Of a DNA stretch of 64,000 nucleotides, positions 45,665 to 58,060 are shown piece by piece. Every line of letters starts with the position of its first letter. The stretch's first letter is position 1. The DNA is taken from contig JBMNFL010000001.1 in NCBI GenBank assembly GCA_050949315.1, positions 901,888 through 965,887 on the forward strand, in the 5' to 3' direction. This DNA is from Bacilli bacterium (GTDB lineage: Bacteria; Bacillota_I; Bacilli_A; RFN20; UBA1709). The translations under genes and the position numbers were made by a program. Below the pieces are notes generated by a model. It worked only from the letters and a program-made list of their open reading frames with translations. It did not search any database and was not told where the DNA came from.

Positions 45665-46264
45665 ATGGGGCAGTATTTTGATAATGATCCAAATTTAAAA
45701 AGCGAAAAATTTAACATAAAATACTATGTTAATAATCAAGAATTGCTTTTTAAAAGCGATAGAGGTGTCTTTTCAAAAAGAACCGTAGATTTCGGTACAA
45801 AAACGATGTTGGAATACCTGTTAAAACAGCCGCTTTCAGGTCGAGGTGTAGACCTTGGTTGTGGCTTAGGAATAATCGGTATTACGCTGTCTTTATTTAA
45901 GGATGTTACTATCGATATGGTCGACATTAATAAACGCGCGGTTTTGTTAGCGAAAGAAAATGCCAAACAATACAACATTGACAAAAGTTTGATTTTAGAG
46001 AGCGATGGTTTAAAGGCCTTAACTCAAAAAAACTATGACTTTATTTTGACCAATCCGCCGATTCGTGCCGGAAAAGCCACAGTCTATTCCTTTTTCACAG
46101 AAGCCTATGAATACTTAAAAACTGGCGGTTTTTTACTAGTGGTCATTCAAAAGAAACAAGGAGCCCCAAGTGCCAAAAACAAAATTCTTGAACTTTTTGG
46201 CAATTGTCAAATAGTAGACCGGAAAAAAGGATATCATCTTTTAAAAGCATTTAAAGAAGTTTAA
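45665..46264 (+). CDS. Class I SAM-dependent methyltransferase (YbxB/RsmC-like small rRNA methyltransferase)
   Basis: VDLGCGLGIIG SAM motif and ILTNPPIRAGK (NPPI). It lies between rplL and rpoB, as ybxB does in Bacillus. Confidence 0.75.
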   Translation: MGQYFDNDPNLKSEKFNIKYYVNNQELLFKSDRGVFSKRTVDFGTKTMLEYLLKQPLSGRGVDLGCGLGIIGITLSLFKDVTIDMVDINKRAVLLAKENAKQYNIDKSLILESDGLKALTQKNYDFILTNPPIRAGKATVYSFFTEAYEYLKTGGFLLVVIQKKQGAPSAKNKILELFGNCQIVDRKKGYHLLKAFKEV

Positions 46265-46311
46265 AAAAGCCAGACTTTCACATCAATTATTGGAAAAGTG
46301 TAAAAAAAGAC

Positions 46312-46340
46312 TTGCAAAGCAATTGTTAAATTGCTATAAT
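46312..46340 (+). promoter_or_regulatory. Consensus sigma-A promoter for rpoBC
   Basis: TTGCAA (46312-46317), a 17-nt spacer, then TATAAT (46335-46340). Confidence 0.6.
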
Positions 46341-46425
46341 GCACAATTGCCTTTATATGCACTTTTTTCATTTAAAAAAAGATTTGCTAAAGCAAAAGAA
46401 GTCAAATTCGAAGGAGTGAAAGCTA

Positions 46426-49400
46426 GTGGTTAAAAAAAATCAGCCTATACCTAGTGAAACAAAGAGAATAGATTTCTCAAAGATTAGCGGCACTTTAGAG
46501 TTACCATATTTGGTGAGAATTCAAACTGATTCTTTCAGAAATTTTGTTGAAGAGGGAATTGTTGAGGTGTTCAACGATATTTATCCCATAGTTGCACCTA
46601 GTGGAAACATTGAATTAAATTACTTAGACTCGCATTTTGAGGAACCAAAATATTCAATTGAAGAATGTAAAGATCGTGATATGACCTATGCCAAACCCTT
46701 AAAGGTTCGCTTAGGTCTGTTTGATAATTCTGAACACGGAGAGATTAAAGTCAGTGAAGTTTTTATGGGAGATTTTCCCTGGATGACCGATAGTGGCACT
46801 TTCATTATCAATGGTGCTGAAAGAGTCATCGTTTCACAATTAGTTAGATCACCCGGTGTTTATTTTAGCAAAGAAAGAGACAAATCTGGTAAATTCGTTT
46901 TTGGTGGCGATATTATTCCAGGGCGTGGGACTTGGTTACAATTTGAGACCGACGCTAAAGGTTTAATCAATGTAAGAATTGATCGAAATCGTAAGGTTTC
47001 AGCAACTACTTTGTTAAGAGCTTTGGGGTTGACTGGTGATGTCAAAGATTTGTTTGGTGATTGTGAACAATTAAGACAGACGATTGAAAAAGATAATACG
47101 ATGAGCGAAATGCTTGATCGTGAAGATATTATTCGGGCAGCGATGATTGAAATCTACAACCGCTTGCGCCCAGGCGAGCCCGCAACTGAGGAAGGAGCAA
47201 GAACTCTCCTTTTCCAGAAGTTTTTTGATGCTCGTCGCTATGATTTAGCTAAGGCTGGGCGCTTTAAATTCAAAAAGAAACTAGGTCTTTACAACCGTTT
47301 ACTTGATCGTGTTTTGGCTGAAGACTTATGTGATGAAAATGGTGAACCTATTTATCGGGCAGGCACCCATATTGGTAAAGAAGAGTTGGCTGATTTAAGA
47401 GAGCGAAAAGTCTTCGAAAAAGGCGCACATAATCTAGAGTTACAGACTAATACAGCAATTGAAGATGGTGATACCAGTTGTCGGACCATTGTTCAAAAAA
47501 TTCTAGTTTATAGCGATGAATCTCGTGAAAAAGTTCTTCCAATCATTGGAACTGATTTGACGATTGAAAAACGCTGTTTAACTATAGCAGATATCATCGC
47601 GGCTTTTTCCTATTACGTCAACATCATTGAGGGTATTGGTGATACAGATGACATTGATCATCTTGGGAATAGACGCGTTAAGACCGTTGGTGAACTATTG
47701 CAAAATCAATTTAGAATTGGCCTTTCTCGGATGGAAAGAAGCGTTAAAGAAAGAATGACAATTGCGGAAAGTGATAAAATTACCGCTCAAAATTTAACCA
47801 ACATTCGCCCTTTAACTTCCTCTATTAAGGAGTTTTTCTCTAGTTCTCAATTATCACAATTTATGGATCAGACTAATCCTTTAGCTGAACTTACTAATAA
47901 ACGTCGGCTTTCGGCTCTAGGGCCTGGGGGCTTATCGCGTGAGCGCGCAGGGATGGAAGTTCGTGACGTTCACTCCAGTCACTATGGGCGGATTTGTCCA
48001 ATTGAAACGCCCGATGGTCCCAACATTGGTTTAATTAACAATCTTGCGACTTATGCTCGAGTAAATGAATATGGTTTTCTTGAAACCCCCTATCGTAAGG
48101 TCGTAAAACAAGATGACAAATATGTGGTATTAGAAGAAGAAATAAGATATCTTTCGGCTGACGATGAATATGATAAGTATATCGCTCAAGCCAATGTGCG
48201 TTTAGATGCTGATCATTCCATTGCTGATGAGGTAGTAGTTGTTCGTCATAAAGGCGAAAACATGATGGCGCCTAGAGAGATCGTTGATTTTGTTGACGTT
48301 TCTCCTAAGCAAATTGTTTCTGTAGCCGCCGCTTGTATTCCCTTCTTAGAAAACGATGATGCCAAACGTGCCCTTATGGGGGCAAACATGCAGCGGCAAG
48401 CCGTTCCTTTACTGAAGCCTGAAGCGCCTTTTGTTGGTACGGGTATTGAAGCCAAGATAGCCCATGACTCGGGTTTAGCGGTGATCGCCAAAGATGATGG
48501 CTTGGTCACTTATGTTGATTCAAAGAAAATTATCGTTCAAGAAAGTGGGGGCACACGCGAGTATCGTCTTAGCAAGTTTGCCCGCAGCAATCAAGGCACA
48601 GCCATCAACCAGACGCCTATTGTTAAAAGAGGCCAGAAAATACGGGCTCGGGAAGTTATTGCTGATGGTCCTGCTATGGAAAATGGCGAACTAGCGCTCG
48701 GTCAAAACGTCACCATCGCTTTTATGACTTGGGATGGTTATAACTATGAAGATGCGGTCATCATGTCTGAACGCATGGTTAAGGATGATATTTATACTTC
48801 CATCCATATTGAAGAATATGATGTCGAATGTCGTGATACTAAACTGGGACCTGAAGAAATAACTAGGGATATTCCCAATATTTCGGAAGATTCAATGACC
48901 CAACTTGATGAACGCGGCATTGTTATTCCGGGGGCGGAAGTTAAAGAAGGCGACATTTTAGTCGGTAAGATTACCCCTAAAGGTCAAAGTGAACCGACCC
49001 CTGAAGAAAAACTTTTGATGGCTATCTTTGGTGACAAAACTAAAGATGGCAAAGATAACTCTTTGAGAGTTCCTCATGGCGGGGCGGGAATTATTTTGGA
49101 TGTTAAGGTTTTCTCGCGCTCTAAAGGTGATGAGTTACCACCAGGGGTTAACGAAGTTGTTAGAGTTTTCATTGTTCAGAAAAGAAAGATTTCTGAAGGC
49201 GATAAAATGGCTGGTCGTCATGGTAACAAAGGTGTTATCAGTCGGATTTTGCCAGTTGAAGATATGCCATATCTAGCGGATGGTACGCCAATTGACATCA
49301 TGCTCAATCCTTTAGGTGTCCCCAGCCGGATGAATATTGGTCAAGTTCTTGAAGTGCACTTGGGTGTTGCTGCCAAAAAACTAGGTCTAAAAGTAGCATC

Positions 49401-50016
49401 TTCTGTCTTTGATGGTTGCACTAATGAAGAACTACTTGATTTTATGGAAAAAGCCCAACTAGAAAAAGATGGTAAAGTTGTTCTTTATGATGGACGTACA
49501 GGGGAACCTTTTGATGAAAGGATTACCGTTGGAATCATGTATATGATTAAGCTTGCCCACATGGTTGATGATAAATTGCATGCCCGGGCTGTTGGTCCTT
49601 ATTCTTTGGTAACTCAGCAACCATTAGGAGGTAAGGCGCAAAATGGTGGTCAACGTTTTGGCGAAATGGAAGTTTGGGCCTTGGAAGCCTATGGTGCCGC
49701 CCATACATTACAAGAAATTTTAACGGTCAAATCGGATGATATGATCGGTCGTGGTAAGACCTATGAAGCGATTACTAAGGGAAACATTATTCCAGATCCT
49801 GGTATTCCCGAATCCTTTAGAGTCTTACAAAAAGAATTACAAGCTTTAGCAATTGATGTGAAGATTTTAGATAAAGACGGTCAAGAAATTGACATGAAAG
49901 AAATGGTCAAACATCGCGACCGCGAAGAAAGGCGCATCAGCGATTATGCGCGTGAGGTTGTCAGTGATTTCCGCTACGAGAGTAGTGAACAAGTCAATGA
50001 TGACTTGGTAGAATAG
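46426..50016 (+). CDS. rpoB: DNA-directed RNA polymerase beta subunit
   Basis: 1196 aa, intact. GTG start after a GAAGGAG Shine-Dalgarno. Conserved blocks throughout, for example NMQRQAVPL. Confidence 0.95.
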   Translation: MVKKNQPIPSETKRIDFSKISGTLELPYLVRIQTDSFRNFVEEGIVEVFNDIYPIVAPSGNIELNYLDSHFEEPKYSIEECKDRDMTYAKPLKVRLGLFDNSEHGEIKVSEVFMGDFPWMTDSGTFIINGAERVIVSQLVRSPGVYFSKERDKSGKFVFGGDIIPGRGTWLQFETDAKGLINVRIDRNRKVSATTLLRALGLTGDVKDLFGDCEQLRQTIEKDNTMSEMLDREDIIRAAMIEIYNRLRPGEPATEEGARTLLFQKFFDARRYDLAKAGRFKFKKKLGLYNRLLDRVLAEDLCDENGEPIYRAGTHIGKEELADLRERKVFEKGAHNLELQTNTAIEDGDTSCRTIVQKILVYSDESREKVLPIIGTDLTIEKRCLTIADIIAAFSYYVNIIEGIGDTDDIDHLGNRRVKTVGELLQNQFRIGLSRMERSVKERMTIAESDKITAQNLTNIRPLTSSIKEFFSSSQLSQFMDQTNPLAELTNKRRLSALGPGGLSRERAGMEVRDVHSSHYGRICPIETPDGPNIGLINNLATYARVNEYGFLETPYRKVVKQDDKYVVLEEEIRYLSADDEYDKYIAQANVRLDADHSIADEVVVVRHKGENMMAPREIVDFVDVSPKQIVSVAAACIPFLENDDAKRALMGANMQRQAVPLLKPEAPFVGTGIEAKIAHDSGLAVIAKDDGLVTYVDSKKIIVQESGGTREYRLSKFARSNQGTAINQTPIVKRGQKIRAREVIADGPAMENGELALGQNVTIAFMTWDGYNYEDAVIMSERMVKDDIYTSIHIEEYDVECRDTKLGPEEITRDIPNISEDSMTQLDERGIVIPGAEVKEGDILVGKITPKGQSEPTPEEKLLMAIFGDKTKDGKDNSLRVPHGGAGIILDVKVFSRSKGDELPPGVNEVVRVFIVQKRKISEGDKMAGRHGNKGVISRILPVEDMPYLADGTPIDIMLNPLGVPSRMNIGQVLEVHLGVAAKKLGLKVASSVFDGCTNEELLDFMEKAQLEKDGKVVLYDGRTGEPFDERITVGIMYMIKLAHMVDDKLHARAVGPYSLVTQQPLGGKAQNGGQRFGEMEVWALEAYGAAHTLQEILTVKSDDMIGRGKTYEAITKGNIIPDPGIPESFRVLQKELQALAIDVKILDKDGQEIDMKEMVKHRDREERRISDYAREVVSDFRYESSEQVNDDLVE

Positions 50017-50029
50017 GGGGTGTAGGGTA

Positions 50030-53000
50030 ATGTTTGATGTTAATCGTTTCGCCGCCATTCAGGTTGGCTTAGCATCGCCAGAAAAAATCCGTGAGTGGTC
50101 CCATGGGGAAGTAACTAAACCCGAAACCATCAATTATCGCAGCCAAAAACCCGAAAGAGATGGGTTATTCTGTGAGAGAATTTTTGGACCTAGTCGCGAC
50201 TATGAATGTTACTGTGGTAAGTATAAGAAAATGTACTATCGGGGTTTTATTTGTGAAAAGTGTGGTGTGGAAATAACCACCAAGTCTGTAAGACGGGAAA
50301 GAATGGGGCATATTGATTTAGCGGCACCAGTCGCTCATATTTGGTATTTAAAGGGCATCCCTTCTAGAATGGCTCAAGTCCTCAATGTTTCACCTAAAGA
50401 TTTAGAGGAGGTCATTTACTTTATTTCCCGCATTTGTTTAAATCCTGGAACCACCAAGTACTTATCATACCGCGAGATTTTAGATGAGCGTAAAGCTCGT
50501 GAGAGTTTTTGTATGATTGTTGAAGAAATTCAAAACACTCTTGCCGAAGACGACCCTGATTATGCTCGTTGCAGCGAGATGATTTTAAAGATGAAAAATC
50601 TTAAAGAAACCTTTGATTTTTATAGTGTTTCCAATTTTATTAATAAATATACTGGGGCAGAATTTGGCGTTGGAGCTGAAGCGGTCCAAAGACTTTTAAG
50701 AGAAGTTGATATTGAAAAAGAATTCCAACAGGCCCAAGAAGAGTATCGAGAAACCCAAGGAACCAAGAATCCCAAAAGAGCGAAATTAATCAAAAGGCTT
50801 GAGGTTCTTGATGCTTTTAGACAGTCAGAAAACAAACCTGAATGGATGGTTCTCGATGTCTTGCCAGTTTTACCACCGGAGTTAAGACCGATGCTACCTT
50901 TGGATGGTGGACGCTTTGCTGCCTCCGATATGAATGATCTCTATCGGCGGGTAATTTCGCGTAATCTTCGTTTGAAGAAACTTTTAGAAATCAAAGCACC
51001 ATCAGTCATTTTGATGAATGAAAAGCGAATGTTACAAGAAGCCGTTGATGCCTTAATTGATAATGGGCGTAGGGCGAAGGCTGTAACTGGACCCAGTGGC
51101 CGGCAATTAAAATCCTTGTCGCATAGTCTCAAGGGAAAACAAGGACGCTTCCGTCAAAATTTACTCGGCAAACGGGTGGATTATTCAGGACGTTCTGTCA
51201 TCGTCGTTGGTCCAGATCTTAAGATGGATCAATGCGGGATTCCTCGTGAGATGGCGATTCAACTATTTAAACCTTTTATCGTCTGTAAGATGATTAAGCA
51301 GGGTTTAGCTTTGAGTAGTAAGAATGCTGATAGATTGATTGAAAGATATGATGACCGCATCTGGGGTGTTTTAGATGAGGTTATCATTGATCATCCCGTT
51401 TTACTAAACCGGGCACCAACTCTACACCGCTTAGGTATTCAAGCTTTTGAACCCAAACTAGTGGATGGTCGAGCCATTCGTTTACACCCCTTAGTCTGTG
51501 CGGCTTTCAACGCTGACTTTGATGGTGACCAGATGGCCGTCCACGTTCCCTTAAGCAACGAGGCGATTTGGGAAGCGCGTAATTTAATGCTTGGTGCTAA
51601 CAATATTTTGGGTCCTAAGGATGGTAAGCCCATCGTTACCCCTTCGCAAGATATGGTTTTAGGTAACTATTACCTTACTAGTGAAGAAACCGCTGAGGGT
51701 TTTCAAAAGCAGGCGGAACAAGCGCGCAAATGGCATAATGTTAAGAAAGCCGAGAGATATGAACTTTATGCCCAATGTGAAGGCAAGGTTTTTGGTTCCC
51801 CAGAAGAAGCAATAATGGCCTGTCAAACTAAACAAATTCATATTCAAAACCGCATTGCTATCCGTGCAAGCGCGATGCATAAAACAACTTTTAGTGAAGA
51901 GCAGAAAAAATGTTATCTTGTCACTACGGTTGGCAAGTTGATTTTTAATCAAATTTTCCCTGAAGATTTCCCTTACATCAATTGTACCGATACTGCTAAT
52001 ATCCAGGCGACTCCTGATTATTTCTTCCTAAGACCGGGAGAAAACATCAAGGATTGTATTGCTAAAATGCCGCTTAATAGTCCTTTCAAGAAAAAGGAAC
52101 TTGGCAAGGTTATCAATGCTTTCTTTGGTCGTTATGGAACGCAGGCAACTTCTAAGATGTTAGATATGCTTAAAGATCAAGGCTTCAAATATGCCACTTT
52201 TGCAGCAGTCACGGTTTCTTTGTCGGATATTGTTGTCATGGAAAAGAAGGAAATCTTTGATGCGGCAGAAAAAGAAATCGCTGAATACACCGAATATTAC
52301 AATGATGGTTTATTGACCGATGATGAACGCCATAATCAGGTAATTAAAATTTGGTCTCGGGTTAAAGATAATCTTACAGAAGAACTTTACGATAAGTTTG
52401 CTGAAAATAAACGCAACCCCATCTTCATGATGGCTGATTCGGGAGCGCGTGGTGACAAATCCAACTTCGCTCAATTAGCAGGTATGCGTGGCCTTATGAA
52501 CAACCCGACAGGAGAAATTATTGAATTACCAATCAAATCTTCTTTCCGGGAAGGTCTTAATGTTTCAGAATACTTTATTTCAACTCACGGTGCCCGTAAG
52601 GGTGGAGCGGATACCGCTCTTAAAACCGCGGAGTCTGGTTACTTAACTAGGCGTTTAGTCGACGTCGCTCATGATGTCATTGTCCGCGAAGAGGATTGTC
52701 ATACTGATCATGGAACAATGGTTTCTAAGATTGTTGATTCCTTTGATGGTTCCATTATTGAAGAATTCCGCGATCGTTTGATTGGCCGTTATGCCATGCA
52801 TGATATTATCAGTCCCAAAACCAAAGAAGTGTTGGTGGCGGCGAATGAGATGATTAACGAAGCTGAAGCCGATGCCATTATTGATTCAGGCTTAGAAAGC
52901 GTGGAGATTAGGACGCTCTTTTCCTGCAAAACTAAAGAAGGCGTTTGTAAGATGTGTTATGGTCGCAATTTGGCGACCGGTCGTCCCGTTGAAATTGGTG

Positions 53001-53890
53001 AAGCGGTTGGCGTTATGGCGGCCCAGTCCATCGGTGAACCAGGAACTCAATTAACCTTAAGAACTTTCCACACCGGTGGTGTGGCGGGTGGTAGTGATAT
53101 CACACGTGGTCTACCAAGAGTTCAAGAACTTTTTGAAGCAAGAAATCCCAAAGGCGAAGCTTTAATCACCGAAATTAGTGGTGAAGTTGCTTCAATTGAG
53201 GAAAAAGAGCCAGGTCGCTCCGAAGTGACAATTAAGAATGATTTTGAGGAAAAGAAATATTTGACACCTTTTAATGCTAAACTGAAGGTCGCTCAAAAAG
53301 ATAAGGTTCAAAGTGGTCAAATGTTGACCGAAGGAGCAATCAATCCCAAACAGTTACTGGATGTTACTGATGTTACGACCGTTGAGAATTACCTTCTCAA
53401 AGAAGTTCAAAAAGTTTATCGTCCTGTTCAGGGTATTGAAATTGCCGATAAGCATATTGAAGTTATTATTCGTCAGATGTTTAGAAAAGTTTCCATCATC
53501 GATGGAGGCGATACCAATCTTTTGCCAGGACGTAGAGTTAGCTTAAGGAAATTTACGGAAGCGAATAGAAAGATTTTACTAGAAGGTAAAAGACCAGCAG
53601 TGGCTCGTCCCATCATTCTTGGCATTACCAAGGCCTCATTAGAAACAGATTCCTTCCTTTCAGCGGCTTCTTTCCAAGAAACCACCAGAGTCTTAGCTGA
53701 TGCTACCACGAAAGGTAAAACTGATTATCTGCATGGTCTTAAGGAAAACGTTATTATTGGTAAGTTAATTCCGGCTGGCACTGGCTTATGTCGCAACCGG
53801 CGTTTTGCCACTGAAGGCTTTGATGAAGACGGGAATCCTATCCCTGTTGTCAAAGAAAAAGTTGAGGACGAAGAAATAGAAACTGAATAG
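50030..53890 (+). CDS. rpoC: DNA-directed RNA polymerase beta' subunit
   Basis: 1286 aa, intact. Zn-finger [18 protein letters not shown] and catalytic [12 protein letters not shown]. Confidence 0.95.
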   Translation: MFDVNRFAAIQVGLASPEKIREWSHGEVTKPETINYRSQKPERDGLFCERIFGPSRDYECYCGKYKKMYYRGFICEKCGVEITTKSVRRERMGHIDLAAPVAHIWYLKGIPSRMAQVLNVSPKDLEEVIYFISRICLNPGTTKYLSYREILDERKARESFCMIVEEIQNTLAEDDPDYARCSEMILKMKNLKETFDFYSVSNFINKYTGAEFGVGAEAVQRLLREVDIEKEFQQAQEEYRETQGTKNPKRAKLIKRLEVLDAFRQSENKPEWMVLDVLPVLPPELRPMLPLDGGRFAASDMNDLYRRVISRNLRLKKLLEIKAPSVILMNEKRMLQEAVDALIDNGRRAKAVTGPSGRQLKSLSHSLKGKQGRFRQNLLGKRVDYSGRSVIVVGPDLKMDQCGIPREMAIQLFKPFIVCKMIKQGLALSSKNADRLIERYDDRIWGVLDEVIIDHPVLLNRAPTLHRLGIQAFEPKLVDGRAIRLHPLVCAAFNADFDGDQMAVHVPLSNEAIWEARNLMLGANNILGPKDGKPIVTPSQDMVLGNYYLTSEETAEGFQKQAEQARKWHNVKKAERYELYAQCEGKVFGSPEEAIMACQTKQIHIQNRIAIRASAMHKTTFSEEQKKCYLVTTVGKLIFNQIFPEDFPYINCTDTANIQATPDYFFLRPGENIKDCIAKMPLNSPFKKKELGKVINAFFGRYGTQATSKMLDMLKDQGFKYATFAAVTVSLSDIVVMEKKEIFDAAEKEIAEYTEYYNDGLLTDDERHNQVIKIWSRVKDNLTEELYDKFAENKRNPIFMMADSGARGDKSNFAQLAGMRGLMNNPTGEIIELPIKSSFREGLNVSEYFISTHGARKGGADTALKTAESGYLTRRLVDVAHDVIVREEDCHTDHGTMVSKIVDSFDGSIIEEFRDRLIGRYAMHDIISPKTKEVLVAANEMINEAEADAIIDSGLESVEIRTLFSCKTKEGVCKMCYGRNLATGRPVEIGEAVGVMAAQSIGEPGTQLTLRTFHTGGVAGGSDITRGLPRVQELFEARNPKGEALITEISGEVASIEEKEPGRSEVTIKNDFEEKKYLTPFNAKLKVAQKDKVQSGQMLTEGAINPKQLLDVTDVTTVENYLLKEVQKVYRPVQGIEIADKHIEVIIRQMFRKVSIIDGGDTNLLPGRRVSLRKFTEANRKILLEGKRPAVARPIILGITKASLETDSFLSAASFQETTRVLADATTKGKTDYLHGLKENVIIGKLIPAGTGLCRNRRFATEGFDEDGNPIPVVKEKVEDEEIETE

Positions 53891-53895
53891 TTAAT

Positions 53896-53925
53896 AGGGC
53901 TCACAAAAAGTGAACCCTTTATCTT
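53896..53925 (+). terminator. Rho-independent terminator after rpoC
   Basis: Stem GGGCTCAC, loop AAAAA, stem GTGAACCC, then TTTATCTT. Confidence 0.6.
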
Positions 53926-53991
53926 GAAATATCCTTTGATTATGGCATAAAATAAAATAAAGCATTACTATAAAAGGGGAGAAAATCAAAG

Positions 53992-55173
53992 ATGCCCAAA
54001 AAACTCAGAGTCTTAGAAGGCATGGATGTCTATTTACCAGACACTGATGGGGTAATCAACGCCTTACATAATTATAGTTTGAACCTCTATAAAAGAGTTG
54101 ATTTAACTGTCATGGCCCCTAAGCATCGCGGTCATATTGATAATCAAGCGTACAGAATTATTCGCTGTCGTTCTTTGCGTGTGCCTATTATCGATAATTA
54201 TTATGGTTTACCAAGTAGAGATAGCAAGTTTAAACAAAGGCTTTTGCGAGAAGATTACGATATCATTCATATTCATTCACCTTTTGCCATGTTGCGTTTT
54301 GGACTTAAACTTGCTAGGAAAAAGGGCATTCCTATCGTCGCTACTTTTCATAGTGATATGCGCACAATTTTTAAAAGCATGTTCTTCTTTAATTGGATTG
54401 TTAATGCTTTGGTCAATAGGATAGGCAAACTTTATAATCAAGTAGATGAAGTCTTCTGTATTTCCTCTTTAGTTGAAGAGCAATTGCGCTCTTATGGCTA
54501 TACAGGCAAGGTTACTTATTTACCTTATGGTACTGATTTTGCGCGTTCAAATAAAGTAGAAGAACTTTGGGAAGAAGGCAATCAAAAATTCGATCTTGAG
54601 AATGAAGAAACGCTCTTTATTTTTGTTGGTAGAATCATGAAATTAAAAAGGATTGATTTCATCCTTGAAAGTTTAAAAATTGTCAAGGAAAATGGCTACA
54701 AATTTAAATTCAAAATTGTAGGAAAAGGCCCTGAAACTCGTATTTTAAAAAGAAAAGTTAAAGAGTTAAAATTAGAGAATGAAGTTTGCTTCCTTGGTTT
54801 CATTCCGCGTGAAGATTTTCCAGCCCTTTATGCACGCGGCGATCTACTTTTATTTCCCTCTTTATATGACAATTTCGGTCTTGTTAAAGTGGAAGCTGCC
54901 GCCTTTGCTACCGCGGGTTTATTTATTGAAAATTCCTGTGCTGGCGATGGGATAATTGATGGAGTTAATGGCTACTTAGCCGCTAACAATCCTGAGGCTT
55001 TTGCTAGTAAAATTATAGAAGCAATTAAGGATAAAGAAAAACTTCGACAGGTGGGTTTAAAAGCCTGGGAAGATGTTTATATTTCTTGGGATGAATGTTC
55101 GCAACAATTATTAAAGCGACTTGAGGCCATTGTTTTAGATAAGAAAGCTCAAAAGGAAAAGGTGTCCGCGTGA
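53992..55173 (+). CDS. GT4-family glycosyltransferase, likely a glycolipid (glycosyl-diacylglycerol) synthase
   Basis: GT-B C-terminal domain carrying the E-X7-E-like motif (GLVKVEAAAFATAGL). 393 aa. Confidence 0.75.
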   Translation: MPKKLRVLEGMDVYLPDTDGVINALHNYSLNLYKRVDLTVMAPKHRGHIDNQAYRIIRCRSLRVPIIDNYYGLPSRDSKFKQRLLREDYDIIHIHSPFAMLRFGLKLARKKGIPIVATFHSDMRTIFKSMFFFNWIVNALVNRIGKLYNQVDEVFCISSLVEEQLRSYGYTGKVTYLPYGTDFARSNKVEELWEEGNQKFDLENEETLFIFVGRIMKLKRIDFILESLKIVKENGYKFKFKIVGKGPETRILKRKVKELKLENEVCFLGFIPREDFPALYARGDLLLFPSLYDNFGLVKVEAAAFATAGLFIENSCAGDGIIDGVNGYLAANNPEAFASKIIEAIKDKEKLRQVGLKAWEDVYISWDECSQQLLKRLEAIVLDKKAQKEKVSA

Positions 55174-55181
55174 CACCTTTC

Positions 55182-55412
55182 TTATTTAACAACTTCGACT
55201 CCGCAAACGCCAGGGACTTCATCCATGAGAATCATTTCGATGCCGCCATAGACGGTACTATCTTGTAGGGGGCAATCAACACAGGCACCTTTCATTCGAA
55301 TTTTAACGATGCCATCCTGATAACTGACAAATTCACAATCGCCACCTTCCCTTTGGATAAAGGGCCGGATTTTATCTAAAACTTCCTTAATTTGTTCTTC
55401 AATATTTTCCAT
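55182..55412 (-). CDS. NifU-like (Nfu) Fe-S cluster protein
   Basis: GACVDCP CxxC motif and the IRPFIQREGGDCEFV NifU C-terminal signature. 76 aa. Confidence 0.75.
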   Translation of the reverse strand: MENIEEQIKEVLDKIRPFIQREGGDCEFVSYQDGIVKIRMKGACVDCPLQDSTVYGGIEMILMDEVPGVCGVEVVK

Positions 55413-55491
55413 AATACACCTCTATTAGTTTGTGTAGTCAGTATAGCATCTTGCACTAATTTCGTAAAGAAATTATAATCAAGAAAACACG

Positions 55492-57141
55492 ATGGGGGAT
55501 TCAATGGCCAGAATTTATCGAACAGGAGAAATCATTTACGGGATAGTTACCGGTTTTCAGCCTTATGGGGCTTTTGTCGAATTAAAGGATGGTGGCACGG
55601 GTTTAGTACACATCTCTGAGATCTCGGCGGACTATGTTCGTAATATTGAGGATTATCTTAAATTAGGCGAGGAGACACTTTTTTATGTCATTGATTATGA
55701 TGAAGAACGCGCCCACGCCCGTTTAAGCTTAAAGCGTTTAAGAAAAGAGGGAAGAAATAAAAGAAAGGCCGCCTTGTTTAAACGCAATAAGAAAGAACTA
55801 GATAAAAACAAGGATCTTTTCCCCTTTATTTCCGAAATAGTAGATGAAATTTTAAAGAAAGAACAGGCTCAAAAAATGTTAAGTATTGATAAAAATTATT
55901 GTTTAAGAGATTTCGATTATCAAAATTATCAAAGTGAAATTGATAGGGTCGATGAATTAATTCGTAAGCGAACAGGACTTGGTGGGGATTTTTTAGGTTT
56001 CTTAGATTATGCCCATACTTTTGATGATAAAGAACTTTTAAGAATCCTGCGTTTAGCAGAAGAAATTCGTGGCAAATACGACACCTTTGTTGTCTGTGGT
56101 ATCGGGGGTTCTTATCTAGGGGCAAAAGCAGGCATTGAAATGCTTAAAACACCTAATTTTACTAATGATATAGAACTATTATTTTTAGGCAACACCTTTT
56201 CTTCTGACTATACGAAAAACCTTTTAGAATATTTAGAGAGCCGTGATTTTGCTATCAATGTTATCTCTAAGAGTGGCTCAACCTTAGAAACCGCCATCGG
56301 CTTTCGTTTCCTAAGGGAGTTGCTAATCAAAAAATATGGCAAAGAAGAGAGTAGAAGACGCATTTTTATCACTACTGATAGTGAAAAAGGCGAGTTGCGA
56401 ACTTTAAGCAACAGGGAAGGTTACACTTCTTTTGTAATACCCGATAATATTCAAGGTCGTTACTCGGTTTTCACTCCCGTCGGTCTTTTTCCTTTAGCAA
56501 TAGCAGGTGTAGATATCGCTAGTTTGTTACAGGGAGTAAGAAAAGCGATGCTTGATCTTGAAAGTAAAAGTGTCCAAGAAAATGCTGCTTATCAGTACGC
56601 TCTTTTAAGAAGAGAGTTAGCAAAAGAAAAAACGGTTGAACTTTTCGTCAGTTATGAACCCACTTTACTTTATTTTGCTGAATGGTGGAAACAACTATTT
56701 GGAGAGTCAGAAGGTAAAGAAGGAAAGGGTCTTTTCCCAGCCAGTGCTATCTATTCAACTGACTTACATTCTCTAGGACAATTTGTTCAAGATGGTAAAA
56801 AAACATTATTTGAAACCATGCTTTTATTTGATGAAAGCGCAGAGTTAGCTATTCCCGAACTGTCTGATGGTCAAAGTGTATTAGATAGACTTGAAGGAAG
56901 GGACTTAAGTTTTCTTAATAAAATTGTCAGCAAGGCGACTATTAAGGCCCATAATTTAGGGGGAGTTCCTATTATTTTACTGCGTTATCCCAAACGTGAT
57001 GCCTTCGGCTTTGGTTACCTTTGTTATTTCTTTATGTTTAGTATTGTAGCTTCCGCTTATCTAATTGGGGTCAATCCCTGTGATCAGGAAGCGGTTGAGG
57101 TCTATAAAAAAGAAATAAAGAAGTTATTAAGTGAAGATTAA
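55492..57141 (+). CDS. pgi: Glucose-6-phosphate isomerase with an in-frame N-terminal S1 RNA-binding domain (YugI/GSP13-like)
   Basis: aa 1-100: GEIIYGIVTGFQPYGAFVELKDGGTGLVHISEIS is an S1 domain. From about aa 135: LRDF...GGDFLGFLD...FVVCGIGGSYLGAKA...ISKSGSTLET...YFAEWWKQLFGESEGK is a full bacterial PGI. There is no stop codon between the two parts. Confidence 0.85.
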   Translation: MGDSMARIYRTGEIIYGIVTGFQPYGAFVELKDGGTGLVHISEISADYVRNIEDYLKLGEETLFYVIDYDEERAHARLSLKRLRKEGRNKRKAALFKRNKKELDKNKDLFPFISEIVDEILKKEQAQKMLSIDKNYCLRDFDYQNYQSEIDRVDELIRKRTGLGGDFLGFLDYAHTFDDKELLRILRLAEEIRGKYDTFVVCGIGGSYLGAKAGIEMLKTPNFTNDIELLFLGNTFSSDYTKNLLEYLESRDFAINVISKSGSTLETAIGFRFLRELLIKKYGKEESRRRIFITTDSEKGELRTLSNREGYTSFVIPDNIQGRYSVFTPVGLFPLAIAGVDIASLLQGVRKAMLDLESKSVQENAAYQYALLRRELAKEKTVELFVSYEPTLLYFAEWWKQLFGESEGKEGKGLFPASAIYSTDLHSLGQFVQDGKKTLFETMLLFDESAELAIPELSDGQSVLDRLEGRDLSFLNKIVSKATIKAHNLGGVPIILLRYPKRDAFGFGYLCYFFMFSIVASAYLIGVNPCDQEAVEVYKKEIKKLLSED

Positions 57142-57164
57142 AATAAAAAAAATTCCTGACTGAT

Positions 57165-57890
57165 TTAGGAATTTTTTATTTTGTCTTGAAGTTTTTTATA
57201 AGTTTTTTCATCAAACCACGAAGCTTTTAAAGGACAGATTGAGATATAACCATTGGCAAAAGCATAGACATCACTATCTTCGGGGGCATCTTTAAAATCT
57301 TCATGGCGATCGGTATAGTATTTACCATCTTTTTCCCAATAATAGAAACCATCGGCTTTTCTAAATTCTTTACAAAGCCTTAAGCCCTTAGATTTATTGA
57401 ATTTTTTCAAGGGGAAATTAATATTTAGACACCAAGAAGTACTTAAAAGTTGATGTTTAAAAACATACTCTATTACGGTTTTAACTTCTTTTTTAACGAT
57501 ATCAAAATGCTCATAATCGGTAGAGATAGCCATACTTGGCAGAGAGTGATTTAAACCTTCAATGGCGGCGGCGACCGTACCAGAATAAAGACTATCATAA
57601 GAAATATTAGGACCATTATTACAACCACTGACTAGCAAGTCAAATTTCACATCAAAGATTTGGGTTGCTAATAAGATGACATCAACTGGTGTCCCATCAA
57701 TAGAGTAAGTATAATCATCGTGTTTAGTTACTGTAAAGCCCCGATTTAAAGAAAAATGGGTACCAACACCACTTTGTTGCGAAAAGGGGGCAATTAAATA
57801 GACAGTGCCAAAATCCTTGAGTATTTCCTGTAAAATTTTAATTCCTGTGGCGTTATAACCATCATCATTTGTTAATAAGATATTCATCAT
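57165..57890 (-). CDS. surE: 5'/3'-nucleotidase SurE
   Basis: N-terminal MNILLTNDDGYNATGI SurE signature. 241 aa. Confidence 0.85.
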   Translation of the reverse strand: MMNILLTNDDGYNATGIKILQEILKDFGTVYLIAPFSQQSGVGTHFSLNRGFTVTKHDDYTYSIDGTPVDVILLATQIFDVKFDLLVSGCNNGPNISYDSLYSGTVAAAIEGLNHSLPSMAISTDYEHFDIVKKEVKTVIEYVFKHQLLSTSWCLNINFPLKKFNKSKGLRLCKEFRKADGFYYWEKDGKYYTDRHEDFKDAPEDSDVYAFANGYISICPLKASWFDEKTYKKLQDKIKNS

Positions 57891-57910
57891 TTACTCCGTT
57901 TTTTAAAAAA

Positions 57911-57986
57911 TGGCTGGGGCACCTGGATTCGAACCGGGGAAATGGTAGAGTCAGAGTCTACTGCCTTACCGCTTGGCTATGCCCCA
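57911..57986 (-). tRNA. tRNA-Gln (anticodon CUG)
   Basis: UGGGGCAU-A-GCCAAGCGGUAAGGC-A-GUAGA-CUCUGAC-UCUAC...UUCGAAU...GUGCCCCA-G-CCA. It has the bacterial tRNA-Gln U1-A72 pair and G73. One C-A mismatch in the T-stem. Confidence 0.75.
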
Positions 57987-58060
57987 AAACAACAACATTA
58001 TGGTAGCATAAATAAAAGTGTTTGGAAAGATAAAACAATCTCGCTATCGAAATAACGATC

